Position numbers and translations under genes: made by a program. Below the pieces are notes generated by a model. That model made no database searches and was not told the DNA's origin. It worked only from the letters and a program-made list of their open reading frames with translations. A stretch of DNA of 40,112 nt from a virus (Duplodnaviria; Caudoviricetes), in IMG/VR virus record IMGVR_UViG_3300020314_000002, positions 1 through 40,112 of that record. One strand, given 5' to 3'. Positions 10,441 through 18,732 of the stretch are shown here, piece after piece. The stretch's first letter is position 1. Each line of letters begins with the position of its first letter.

Positions 10441-10731
10441 TTGAGTCCAAGAAGAACTAAGTACCACCCATATAGCAAAAAGTTTCCTGCAACAGATGTC
10501 ATGGGCACTTGCCCAATTTGTAAGAAAGATGTGTTAAGAGGTGATGGTTTTGTAGTAGAGGAAAAAATGAAACCTACTATGCACAAAATTTATATCCATC
10601 ATTCTAAATATGATGATTGTTTACAAATTCATTTTGAAAATCAAAAACAAGAAGAAGAAAAAAAACGTAAGGAAAAATTTAATTTTCCAGAAAACCCATT
10701 AGATAATTTTATAAAAAAATATAAAAATTAA
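10441..10731 (+). CDS. Hypothetical Zn-finger-like protein
   Basis: CPIC...HHSKYDDC; stop overlaps the integrase stop. Confidence 0.45.
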   Translation: MSPRRTKYHPYSKKFPATDVMGTCPICKKDVLRGDGFVVEEKMKPTMHKIYIHHSKYDDCLQIHFENQKQEEEKKRKEKFNFPENPLDNFIKKYKN

Positions 10732-12035
10732 AATAATAGGTTTTCTTTGAAATCACTTACATTGATGTTTTCAATAGTACCATCATTAACATGAATATAA
10801 CTATCTTTAGTAGTATTCATATCTGTATGACCTAAATAACGAGAAATCATAAACTCATTATATATTTCATATTTAGCCCATTGGGTTGCAATCCAAGACC
10901 TAAAGAAATGAAATGCTAATCCTTTAGGCATTTCATAATCCCCAGTCATCATTAAAGCTAATCTACTTCTACCAGTTGGTGCCTTATAGTAAGAGGCATT
11001 GCCCACTTTAGTTTTAGAACCAATCTTAAATCCATTAAGCATAGGAAACAAAATACCCTCTGGGTTACTTATCATGGGGTTTGCTTTCATAGTATCTATG
11101 TATTCTTTTAACTTCTTTGCCAAACCCATACCAATAGGTATTTGCCTATAATCACTTGATTCAGTCTTAGTAAATTCTAGTCTGTTTCCATCTCTATCAA
11201 TCTGACCACATACAGTTAAATAACTTTGGTCATTAGAACTGTAAGTAAAATCATTATATCTAAAACCAAACAGTTCAGAACGTCTTACCCCAGTGTTAGC
11301 CAACACATAAATCAGCATATACCATATATAATCTTTATCTTTAATGCTTTGAAAGTAAGAACGCATTTTAGCAATAGACCATTCACTCATTAATGTTTTA
11401 AGAATTAGTTTACGTTCACGTCTGCTAACTTTGAAATAACCATTGCTAATAACACTTTTGTTATGCCTATAATCAGTCACAACATTGTTTTCAAGGTTGT
11501 AGTGAATTTGTGCAAACGATAATAAGTTTTCTAATTTATTAAAGTATTTTATATTCACACTTGGAGTTGATTTTTTTGAAACAGTTGCAATTTGTTTTCT
11601 AAATAAATCACAATGCCTCATAGTCCACATATTAATAGGTGTGGCAGACAACTCATTATGTGAGTAAACTATTTCTAAAATCTTTTCAAAGATATTTATT
11701 TTTTCAATAGCCTTACTTTTTTTCACATATTTATTAGTTCTTAAATCGTCATGGAGTTCTTGCAACATTCTATTTATCAATGCAGGACAGTTAATTGATT
11801 TTTTTTCTACATCTTGTTTGAGAATGATTTTACCACTTTGGACATCTTTAATAACATTTTTAATTTTCTTTATTAATGCGTCTTGCGTATTAGTAGTAAA
11901 TCGAACTTTACCATTGTCAGTTTCTTTGCCATCTATTTGTATGTACGTTTGCACCTTACCATTTTTTAATTGGTAAATGGGTGAACCATGCAACTTGTCA
12001 TACCAAGTGTTTAATACTTCTAAATTATCCACCAT
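10728..12035 (-). CDS. int: Tyrosine recombinase (phage integrase)
   Basis: Catalytic set 'TGVRRSEL', 'HFFR', 'YLGH', 'SY'; 435 aa. Confidence 0.93.
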   Translation of the reverse strand: MVDNLEVLNTWYDKLHGSPIYQLKNGKVQTYIQIDGKETDNGKVRFTTNTQDALIKKIKNVIKDVQSGKIILKQDVEKKSINCPALINRMLQELHDDLRTNKYVKKSKAIEKINIFEKILEIVYSHNELSATPINMWTMRHCDLFRKQIATVSKKSTPSVNIKYFNKLENLLSFAQIHYNLENNVVTDYRHNKSVISNGYFKVSRRERKLILKTLMSEWSIAKMRSYFQSIKDKDYIWYMLIYVLANTGVRRSELFGFRYNDFTYSSNDQSYLTVCGQIDRDGNRLEFTKTESSDYRQIPIGMGLAKKLKEYIDTMKANPMISNPEGILFPMLNGFKIGSKTKVGNASYYKAPTGRSRLALMMTGDYEMPKGLAFHFFRSWIATQWAKYEIYNEFMISRYLGHTDMNTTKDSYIHVNDGTIENINVSDFKENLLF

Positions 12036-12216
12036 TTTGATTCCTTTTTGCTTGTATGTTTGCTTGTTCAGTTAATTTATATAAAACCTCATCTTGCTCT
12101 TTTAGATTTAGTTTTAACATTCTTCTATATTGTTGTACTTGCACGTCAGAAACATAGGGGTCGTTACTTATATGCTCTTTCATGCAATTCATTAATTTGA
12201 TAAATTGTAGTCTCAT
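12025..12216 (-). CDS. Hypothetical protein upstream of the integrase
   Basis: 63 aa, overlaps the int start; AGGTG SD-like upstream. Confidence 0.55.
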   Translation of the reverse strand: MRLQFIKLMNCMKEHISNDPYVSDVQVQQYRRMLKLNLKEQDEVLYKLTEQANIQAKRNQNGG

Positions 12217-12266
12217 AGTAACACCTATATACTTTCTGTTATGTGCTGATACTTAATTGTATCTCT

Positions 12267-12290
12267 CACCCCACCATTTAGTATGGGGTG
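12267..12290. terminator. Stem-loop between accessory gene and integrase operon
   Basis: CACCCCA-N10-TGGGGTG. Confidence 0.45.
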
Positions 12291-12306
12291 CAAGATAAAA
12301 TTAATA

Positions 12307-12699
12307 TTAAGTTGAATAATAAGTTTCACTACTTGGACTTAAATAATAAGGTGTATTTAGTCTTTCAGTAAAAGTCTCGCCAGTTCTTGCGTCTTTTCTT
12401 ATAACCATTGGCTCATTGTCGTAAAAATAATTATAACCAACAACCTCAAGAACTTTTATACTTTCAATGTCTCTTTTAATTTGGTCAATTCTGAAAGTGT
12501 TTGATTCAGTTTCAGCTTTTACTAATCGTTTATTCAATCTTTTTAACATTGTATTGATTGCAGTTTGACCTGCTTGTTTACTAGAAAAAACACTCTTAGT
12601 ACCAGTGCCAAATTCTCTTGGTCTATAACTTTGGTATTGGTGCCAATTAGATGTATTTAATAAAACAAAAGCTGTTTCTGTTTCTTTAGTATCATTCAT
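12307..12699 (-). CDS. Hypothetical early protein with C-terminal 'TPYYLSPSSETYYS' motif
   Basis: Strong SD (AAAGGAGTCTAAA-ATG) and its own promoter. Confidence 0.75.
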   Translation of the reverse strand: MNDTKETETAFVLLNTSNWHQYQSYRPREFGTGTKSVFSSKQAGQTAINTMLKRLNKRLVKAETESNTFRIDQIKRDIESIKVLEVVGYNYFYDNEPMVIRKDARTGETFTERLNTPYYLSPSSETYYST

Positions 12700-12726
12700 T
12701 TTAGACTCCTTTGTCTATATTGTTAT

Positions 12727-12766
12727 TAACTGGCTACTAACTTACCATTCGTAGCCATATTGTCAA
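12727..12766 (-). promoter_or_regulatory. sigma70-like promoter overlapped by a TGGCTAC-N13-GTAGCCA inverted repeat
   Basis: Minus strand TTGACA-N16-TAAGTT followed by AGTAGCCAGTTA. Confidence 0.65.
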
Positions 12767-12805
12767 TAGTGGCAAATTGTTTAATGATTACTATTTACCC
12801 AGTAA

Positions 12806-12835
12806 TTGACAAAGCCTTTAGACAATGGCTAAAAT
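12806..12835 (+). promoter_or_regulatory. Divergent sigma70-like promoter with no downstream plus-strand ORF
   Basis: TTGACA-N18-TAAAAT. Confidence 0.45.
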
Positions 12836-13053
12836 CGTAGGTTTATCCAACTTTTGTGTGTGATTCTTTTTGCAAGAAACTCAAAAAAACTAAGGTTTTT
12901 GAGGCGAAATACATTGACGTGAATAAGCCAGTTAGATTGTTATTGCCTAAAAACCTCGAGAAAACTGAGTAAAAAACAAAAAGTTTACCTAGAGTTCACC
13001 AAGTCTGGCTACAATATTTACTTAAAGTGAATTTTTAATCAAGTATTATTTTC

Positions 13054-13073
13054 TATGGGTGTAGCCACCCATA
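13054..13073. terminator. Hairpin at the end of the leftward operon
   Basis: TATGGGTG-TAGC-CACCCATA, perfect 8-bp stem. Confidence 0.5.
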
Positions 13074-13087
13074 TTCGTCATCTGGGT

Positions 13088-13258
13088 TCATGATTCGCCA
13101 CTAAATGTTTCAGTGTCATCATCTAATACATCTCTTTTAACTTTTTGTGTCCAAGACTTGCTACATCTATCACCACAATACTTTTTACGTTTTTGGGCAG
13201 GGTGGTGTATCATAAATTTAGTGCCACACGTTATGCAGGTCTTTTCCTCACTCAACAT
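13088..13258 (-). CDS. Small Zn-finger protein (56 aa, not in ORF track)
   Basis: MLSEEKTCITCGTKFMIHHPAQKRKKYCGDRCSKSW...FSGES; CxxC...YCxxxC; overlaps the upstream stop. Confidence 0.75.
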   Translation of the reverse strand: MLSEEKTCITCGTKFMIHHPAQKRKKYCGDRCSKSWTQKVKRDVLDDDTETFSGES

Positions 13259-13520
13259 GGTCTAAATAGTAGTTTACAACAGTCTCTAATACATCACCTC
13301 TGGTCGCAGTATTTTTGGGCACATACCAGTTTTTTTCACCATTTAGTATTTTTTGAGTTACTTTATCAGAATATATTTTGCGTCTATCTATCTCTAACTT
13401 TGCTCTGATTTTGTCTATTTTTTTGTCTATATCTATTGCTCTAGGCCTTTTAAGATTAAAAGAAATATTGTGGTGACTTACACTTTGATTTGTATATTTA
13501 GGCACATTCTGTTTTGGCAT
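13248..13520 (-). CDS. Hypothetical basic protein (possible DNA-binding)
   Basis: 90 aa, translationally coupled in the leftward operon. Confidence 0.6.
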   Translation of the reverse strand: MPKQNVPKYTNQSVSHHNISFNLKRPRAIDIDKKIDKIRAKLEIDRRKIYSDKVTQKILNGEKNWYVPKNTATRGDVLETVVNYYLDHVE

Positions 13521-13927
13521 TAATAAATATCCTTTTCTTTATAGTTAGTAGATAACCGATTTTGTGGGTCTAACATTAAAGTTTTAGATATTACAAAGTC
13601 CTCTCTAAAATTAGAGATTGCGTCTATGTTGTTTAAAAAATAATTACATATTACACCAACAAAGCCAGACTTAGATATGTTCTGGCATTGTGTTTCAAAT
13701 CCAACACCCTCTACTGCTTTATTAAAACTAATTATGCTTTCTTTTACCATTGAGGAAATTAAACTATCCTCTGGCCTTACTTTAATCATTATCTCAGTTA
13801 TTATCGGATTGCCCTTTTTATCAAACTCTGAAAACCCAAAAATTGCATGAACTTTATATTGACCACCACCCTCTGCGCCCACATAAGTTTTAATTAAAAT
13901 TGATTGCAGTCTATTATTCTCAGTCAT
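13520..13927 (-). CDS. Hypothetical protein, weak resemblance to the NrdJ C-terminal (TSCPD-like) domain
   Basis: ATG at 13927 lies next to the upstream stop; 'NRLQS...YKVHAIFGF...PIITEIMIK..EDSLI' pattern; function tentative. Confidence 0.45.
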   Translation of the reverse strand: MTENNRLQSILIKTYVGAEGGGQYKVHAIFGFSEFDKKGNPIITEIMIKVRPEDSLISSMVKESIISFNKAVEGVGFETQCQNISKSGFVGVICNYFLNNIDAISNFREDFVISKTLMLDPQNRLSTNYKEKDIY

Positions 13928-14219
13928 GCACGTTATCTTTCTTTTCTTCATCTAATTTACTTGCTAATTGTCCTGCTAATGCTGAGTACCCAATCAAATC
14001 TATGTAATTGTCTGGGTCGTAATCACCTGCTTTAGTTCGAGCAACTTTAAGTAAAGACATCATGGTAAGGACATCTAGGGCAGATAAATCTACACCCAGA
14101 TACCCAGACCATAATTTTGCAATGTTCTCATGGTTCTCAATAAAATCGCCATGAGTACGTTTTCTATCGCCAGATATTAAGTTTCCTGCTTTATGAAGTA
14201 TGTCTAGTGCGTACTGCAT
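13920..14219 (-). CDS. DUF6378-type phage protein
   Basis: 'GDRKRTHGD..ENHENIAKLWSGYLG...MMSLLKVAR...DNYIDLIGYSAL'. Confidence 0.8.
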   Translation of the reverse strand: MQYALDILHKAGNLISGDRKRTHGDFIENHENIAKLWSGYLGVDLSALDVLTMMSLLKVARTKAGDYDPDNYIDLIGYSALAGQLASKLDEEKKDNVHD

Positions 14220-14554
14220 TAAAAAGGAATCTCATCATCTATATCACCATCAGATATTGCAGGTGCGTCTGGTGTTGGTGTTTGACCACCTGCATTATGC
14301 TTTGGGTTTGGATTTACCCATTTAGGTTTAAAGATAACTTTAAGACCATCATCTTGAACATAGATAGCAACTTGAACAATGCCTTTGTCAGCATTAATCT
14401 TTTCTAATAGTGCACTATCAAACTTGATTGTGTCCCAAATTTCACCATCATAGCCTACTGGCTTGAGGTCTGGGTGATTGTCTTGAGTTTTTTTAGGGTT
14501 CTTTTTAAAGAGTTTTACATCACCCTTTTCAAGAACATTATATGGTTCTGCCAT
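14219..14554 (-). CDS. ssb: Single-stranded DNA-binding-like protein
   Basis: Acidic tail 'DGDIDDEIPF' after a Pro/Gly linker; 'NHPDL'; adjacent to ERF. Confidence 0.65.
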   Translation of the reverse strand: MAEPYNVLEKGDVKLFKKNPKKTQDNHPDLKPVGYDGEIWDTIKFDSALLEKINADKGIVQVAIYVQDDGLKVIFKPKWVNPNPKHNAGGQTPTPDAPAISDGDIDDEIPF

Positions 14555-14565
14555 TTAACTTTCCT

Positions 14566-15090
14566 CTATTTTAGTTTGTTTAAATCAAACCCATCTGTTG
14601 ATGAACTTGAACTTTGCTCAAAATCTAAGTCTTGAGATTCTTCTATGTTTAATAGAAAGAATTTTTGTAGCAGGTACTTATACCCATAACTCATTAGTGA
14701 ACCACTAACCTTTGGGTCGTTCTGATTACCTTTTAATACTTGTGGTACTTTTATGTCGCCACACCTATGTGTATGGTGCATATTTCTACCATTATCGTCT
14801 TTATAGCAATTATCCATATCAGTTATATTTAATACAACTGTTGCTATCATCATCTTGTCATCAGTTATCTCAAAGAAACAAGTTGGGGTTAAAACTAACC
14901 TTGCAAATTGACAAGCCTCTTTAACAACTTGCTGAACATCATTGTATGAACCTGCTGAATAACCCATACCAGTCTGTTTCTTTTTCACATCAGCACATTT
15001 CTCAATGGCTAAATGAATTTTCTGATACATATTGAGGTCTTTAATTAAAACAGTTTCCTCTTTAGGTTTTGTTTGTTTTTTTTCAGTCAT
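14566..15090 (-). CDS. erf: ERF-family single-strand annealing protein
   Basis: 'NMYQKI...GSLMSYGYKYLLQKFFLL....DLD'. Confidence 0.8.
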   Translation of the reverse strand: MTEKKQTKPKEETVLIKDLNMYQKIHLAIEKCADVKKKQTGMGYSAGSYNDVQQVVKEACQFARLVLTPTCFFEITDDKMMIATVVLNITDMDNCYKDDNGRNMHHTHRCGDIKVPQVLKGNQNDPKVSGSLMSYGYKYLLQKFFLLNIEESQDLDFEQSSSSSTDGFDLNKLK

Positions 15091-16169
15091 TAACTTGCCT
15101 TTTTGTTATTGTTGTAAATATCGTAAATCATTTGCTTGTACTCTGGCTCAATGTTCTTAAAGAACAAATGGTCATATTCTGGTGGTACAAGTTTAATAAT
15201 TTTAAGGGGGTCATCAGACATCTGTAATAGTGTTTGCCTTACCATTGCCTTGTCTTTAATGCTTTCCATTTCAAATTTTAATCTATCCCACTGCAATTCT
15301 TCATAATCATCATGTCTAAAAAATCTTGAATCTTTTGGAGTTACATAAAGCATATCACCTAAGACATTTTCAGCATGACCATAGATACTCATTTGATTTA
15401 AATGAAAACTTTTAGGTTCATTTGGGGTACTAGGAAATTTCCATATTCGTTCACCCTTTTTACCTTTAAGAACTTTTTTAACTACATAATCTTTTTTGTA
15501 AAAACCACCTACTTTTGGATATTGTGTTTTTAATTCAGTCCAATGTTGCAGGATTCCACTGCTATCTACATAAGCAATATCAATAAAACCAGTCCACATG
15601 ATATTAATGCCATCAATCACATAATAAATTGGTCTTTCTAATTGTATTGTTTCACCATCTCTTTTTTCATATCTAATTTGATATACAATTTCAGTTAGCA
15701 TTTGTTTACCAAACGTCATGTAATATTCATTCATCTCACCATCATGTTCATTTACTGTACTTGGAATATATCTTTTTGAACTATCAACTATAAATGCCCA
15801 TGCTTGGTCAATGTTGCAATAATCAGTTGCTACTAATCCTGCCCACTCACCTAACCACTTTCCCCATTCCATTCTGGCACTTCTTTCCATCTTTCTTTTA
15901 TGCTCTCTTAATATGATGTACTTCATAAACCATAAAAAGTTTGGCATATTAATTGATGAGTTACTTAGCCATTCAATATCTTGCCTTGCCCATTCCTCAC
16001 CAGTTACAAAATTTCTTTTTAACTTTTCTTGTTCTATTAATGATAGCTGAGTTATATCTCTGTTAGGTTCAGATAAGACCACTGATTGTTTTATTTTAAA
16101 AGGAGTCTCAGTAGTCTTATCCTTTTCCTCGTTTGGGGGGGAAACTTTTTTTTTCTTAGACAATCGCAC
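15090..16169 (-). CDS. PD-(D/E)XK recombination exonuclease
   Basis: 'LSNSSIN...LE...TGFIDI...TELKT...HLNQMSIY'; adjacent to ERF; start uncertain. Confidence 0.8.
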   Translation of the reverse strand: MRLSKKKKVSPPNEEKDKTTETPFKIKQSVVLSEPNRDITQLSLIEQEKLKRNFVTGEEWARQDIEWLSNSSINMPNFLWFMKYIILREHKRKMERSARMEWGKWLGEWAGLVATDYCNIDQAWAFIVDSSKRYIPSTVNEHDGEMNEYYMTFGKQMLTEIVYQIRYEKRDGETIQLERPIYYVIDGINIMWTGFIDIAYVDSSGILQHWTELKTQYPKVGGFYKKDYVVKKVLKGKKGERIWKFPSTPNEPKSFHLNQMSIYGHAENVLGDMLYVTPKDSRFFRHDDYEELQWDRLKFEMESIKDKAMVRQTLLQMSDDPLKIIKLVPPEYDHLFFKNIEPEYKQMIYDIYNNNKKAS

Positions 16170-16293
16170 CTACCATTGAGTTTTGTAGTTCAATGCAAAC
16201 TAATAAAATAAAATAACAAGCAGGTACAAAAGCAATGCAACAAAACATTTTTAAAGTCACTTCTATAATTTCTAACCAAGTAAATTTATTCAT
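16156..16293 (-). CDS. Small membrane protein (45 aa, not in ORF track)
   Basis: MNKFTWLEIIEVTLKMFCCIAFVPACYFILLVCIELQNSMVGAIV; SD AAAGGA upstream. Confidence 0.6.
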   Translation of the reverse strand: MNKFTWLEIIEVTLKMFCCIAFVPACYFILLVCIELQNSMVGAIV

Positions 16294-16487
16294 AATTTTT
16301 TTTATCCTTTGTTTAGTAAGACGAACCATTAAAGGAATATTTATAAAAAAAAAATGATTCGTCTTATGTCTACAAGTTAGTCAGATAAGTACACATTTTC
16401 AATTAAATATTTACAATTTTAATTTTTAGGTAAATTTTCGTGCAATTTTTGAGGCTATATATAGCTTAAAAATAATTAAACAATAAC

Positions 16488-16515
16488 TTGTACAATGTAG
16501 CCAATATAGTATAAT
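16488..16515 (+). promoter_or_regulatory. sigma70-like promoter with GTAGCCA in the spacer
   Basis: TTGTAC-N16-TATAAT. Confidence 0.6.
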
Positions 16516-16546
16516 ATGTACATATAAAAAAAAAGGTAAATACACA

Positions 16547-17035
16547 ATGATTACATATAACCCTAAAGAAAAATATTTTAGACCCACAATGGAGCAGGTT
16601 AAAAGTTTATTAAAAAAAGTTCCAAACGTAAGTTGCAATGATGTGTCTTGTCATAATGATACATTACATTTTTGGATAGCAAATTTAGACCATGCAACTA
16701 TTTGTTCTAGGTTCAATGTAGATATTTTTAATAAACTGTTACAAAAATACAAGTTAGATTTAACACCATTTGTAAAATTATCTGATGAGCAAAGAGGACT
16801 CAATAGAGAGCAAACAAAAGAAAAAGTTTATGAGATGTTATCTGAGGTCATTACTGCTGATAGTAAAATGACAAAAGGTGCATTGATTAAATATGTCAGA
16901 GATAACTGGACTGAAAAAACAATTATGTCTGATGTAGGTAGAGTGGCCAGTAAAGTAATTAAAGAAAAGACTGGCAACTCATTTAGCAAATGGCAAGTCT
17001 GCACAACTCAAAGACATATCAGAAAGGTAAAATAG
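16547..17035 (+). CDS. Hypothetical accessory protein convergent on the repressor
   Basis: 162 aa, AAGGT SD, own promoter. Confidence 0.7.
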   Translation: MITYNPKEKYFRPTMEQVKSLLKKVPNVSCNDVSCHNDTLHFWIANLDHATICSRFNVDIFNKLLQKYKLDLTPFVKLSDEQRGLNREQTKEKVYEMLSEVITADSKMTKGALIKYVRDNWTEKTIMSDVGRVASKVIKEKTGNSFSKWQVCTTQRHIRKVK

Positions 17036-17037
17036 AT

Positions 17038-17223
17038 ATGACAAAAGCACAAACTATAGCCAAACTGCAAAAAGTAATAGATAAAAACAGTAAATATTTA
17101 GATAGCTTTATTTATGTAGATTTTTACAACATGAATGATGATTCTTTATATGCTTTAGCAGAAAATGATTGCAAACAATTAAAACAAATGATGTTAAAAA
17201 TTACATCTGTACTTAAAGACTAA
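17038..17223 (+). CDS. Hypothetical protein
   Basis: ATG at 17038 with AAGGT upstream, just after the previous stop. Confidence 0.6.
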   Translation: MTKAQTIAKLQKVIDKNSKYLDSFIYVDFYNMNDDSLYALAENDCKQLKQMMLKITSVLKD

Positions 17224-17225
17224 AA

Positions 17226-17251
17226 AAAGGTGTGGCTTAGTCCACACCTTT
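17226..17251. terminator. Bidirectional terminator-like hairpin between convergent genes
   Basis: AAAGGTGTGG-CTTAGT-CCACACCTTT. Confidence 0.75.
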
Positions 17252-17827
17252 AACAAAATCATAATCAACTCTAGATACTGGAATACTATATTGTATCTTT
17301 GGTTTTTGCCTTAATGCTTTATTTTCTAATGATGTATGAGGGCACCATCTTCTTATAACACCATTGTGCATTACAAATAATTTAAGTGAGCCATCTTTTA
17401 GTTTTGCATAGTGTAAACCATCAACACTTGGGTAACTTTCTTTTTTGTTTTTTCTCATTAAGAAAACTGCATTAGTATTACAATAATGTATGCAGATAAT
17501 ATTATCTGGGTCATCAAGATAATTATGCAATATAATTTGTTCTCGTTTGTCCTCAATGGGGTCAATTAATCTAATATGTGGATTTTCTAAATCACTGAAA
17601 TCAATATGACCATGAATGGTTAAAGTTGAGTTCATTGGTTCATACACTTGAAACCACTGCACACCCAATACCTCTGCAACCTTATGTGCCATGTGATGGT
17701 CTAATCCACGTTTATTATTTATAATTTTATTAAAATTTATATGGTCTTGTCCAATAGCCTCACACAATTCTTTTTGTGTCATGCCTTTTTCTCTTAGTAT
17801 ATTTTTTATACTATTTTGTCTAATCAT
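17237..17827 (-). CDS. cI-like XRE/HTH repressor
   Basis: 'IKNILREKGMTQKELCEAIG...FNKIINNKRGL....AHKVAEVLGV' HTH_3; divergent from the cro-like gene. Confidence 0.85.
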   Translation of the reverse strand: MIRQNSIKNILREKGMTQKELCEAIGQDHINFNKIINNKRGLDHHMAHKVAEVLGVQWFQVYEPMNSTLTIHGHIDFSDLENPHIRLIDPIEDKREQIILHNYLDDPDNIICIHYCNTNAVFLMRKNKKESYPSVDGLHYAKLKDGSLKLFVMHNGVIRRWCPHTSLENKALRQKPKIQYSIPVSRVDYDFVKGVD

Positions 17828-18143
17828 TAGTTTTACCTCATATTTTGTTGAAATTTATCTTAAAAAAATATTGAGATAATATTCAACCACTTCGAGGTGG
17901 ATTGCAAAAGCCATATTGCATTAATATGTGCATTTTCAACTTAAACATTGTCAATTAATCCTAAATAGTTCATGTAGCCAATTATAAACAAATATTGTTA
18001 GTTTTGTCCAGTCAAAATTTACCACTAATTTTTATCAGTATAAATATGTCTAAATTGTGTTGTAATTTGGCTCGAATCACTAATTAGTACATATAGCCAA
18101 ATTGGATATTGACTTTTTGGCCTAAATAAAGGTACTAAATTAT
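17828..18143. promoter_or_regulatory. Lysis-lysogeny switch region
   Basis: Intergenic between divergent HTH genes; GTAGCCA at 17974, ATAGCCA at 18093, TTGACT at 18109. Confidence 0.7.
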
Positions 18144-18365
18144 ATGTTACTAAAAGAATACAAAGAAACCAATAATCTTACATTACAAGAACTTGCAACC
18201 CAATTTGGAGTAACTGGGCAGAATCCTAGACAAACCATACGCAGATGGGTTGAGGGTCTAAGAATACCAAGACTGCATTTCATGGAAACTATTGAAAAAG
18301 CAACTAATGGCGAAGTTAAATTTGAGGACTTAGTTAATGGATATAAGAAAAGACAGAACAGTTAA
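18144..18365 (+). CDS. Cro-like HTH regulator
   Basis: 'LTLQELATQFGV...TIRRWVEGLRIP....ETIEKATNGEVKFEDL'. Confidence 0.85.
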   Translation: MLLKEYKETNNLTLQELATQFGVTGQNPRQTIRRWVEGLRIPRLHFMETIEKATNGEVKFEDLVNGYKKRQNS

Positions 18366-18732
18366 GTTAGGTTCAGTTAGTAAATTATTTATTAAGTATG
18401 TATTGCCAGAGTTTGTTAGCAATAGGTTGTTAGATAGTTTTGGTGAATATGACTTTAAAACACAAACTATATTAATTCAGAACGCATTGACTGATGAGGA
18501 TAGTTGTAAAACTAACCTGCATGAAATTTTACATGGTTGTGTAAGAGAGGCACATCTTAATCAAGAGGGCAATCCACTTGCTAATGATACTGACGAGGAA
18601 CGTGTAGTGGCTCAGTTTGAAACACAAATTTATCAATTCTTTTTAGATAACCCAGATGAAATTGCATACATATTTTACGACATTTTAAAAAACAACCCTA
18701 CAACTAGAAAGTTAATAAACACAATTAGATGA
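18337..18732 (+). CDS. HExxH metallopeptidase-like protein
   Basis: 'FGEYDFKTQTILI...TNLHEILHG...EERVV'. Confidence 0.75.
   Translation: MDIRKDRTVKLGSVSKLFIKYVLPEFVSNRLLDSFGEYDFKTQTILIQNALTDEDSCKTNLHEILHGCVREAHLNQEGNPLANDTDEERVVAQFETQIYQFFLDNPDEIAYIFYDILKNNPTTRKLINTIR

Noticed and set aside
1269-10586. Minus-strand ORFs in the structural and lysis region (1269, 2452, 2763, 3586, 3830, 4820, 5390, 7906, 8422, 8992, 10008, 10290)
   Set aside because: Antisense shadows of well-supported plus-strand genes; no motifs
6443-12035. Diversity-generating retroelement or invertible fibre cassette
   Set aside because: No reverse transcriptase, no TR/VR pair with adenine-specific differences, both fibres in the same orientation, no inverted crossover sites seen
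12217-13090. tRNA gene or tRNA-derived attP core
   Set aside because: No TTCGA T-arm with an acceptor end recognised; the 'GGTTCATGATTCGCCA' stretch is coding on the minus strand
13145-14924. Plus-strand ORFs 13145, 14207 and 14712
   Set aside because: Antisense to the coupled leftward operon, including the Zn-finger ORF
16135-16154. G7 and T9 homopolymers at the exonuclease 5' end as a phase-variation switch
   Set aside because: Runs are short, the start codon is uncertain, and there is no read-level evidence
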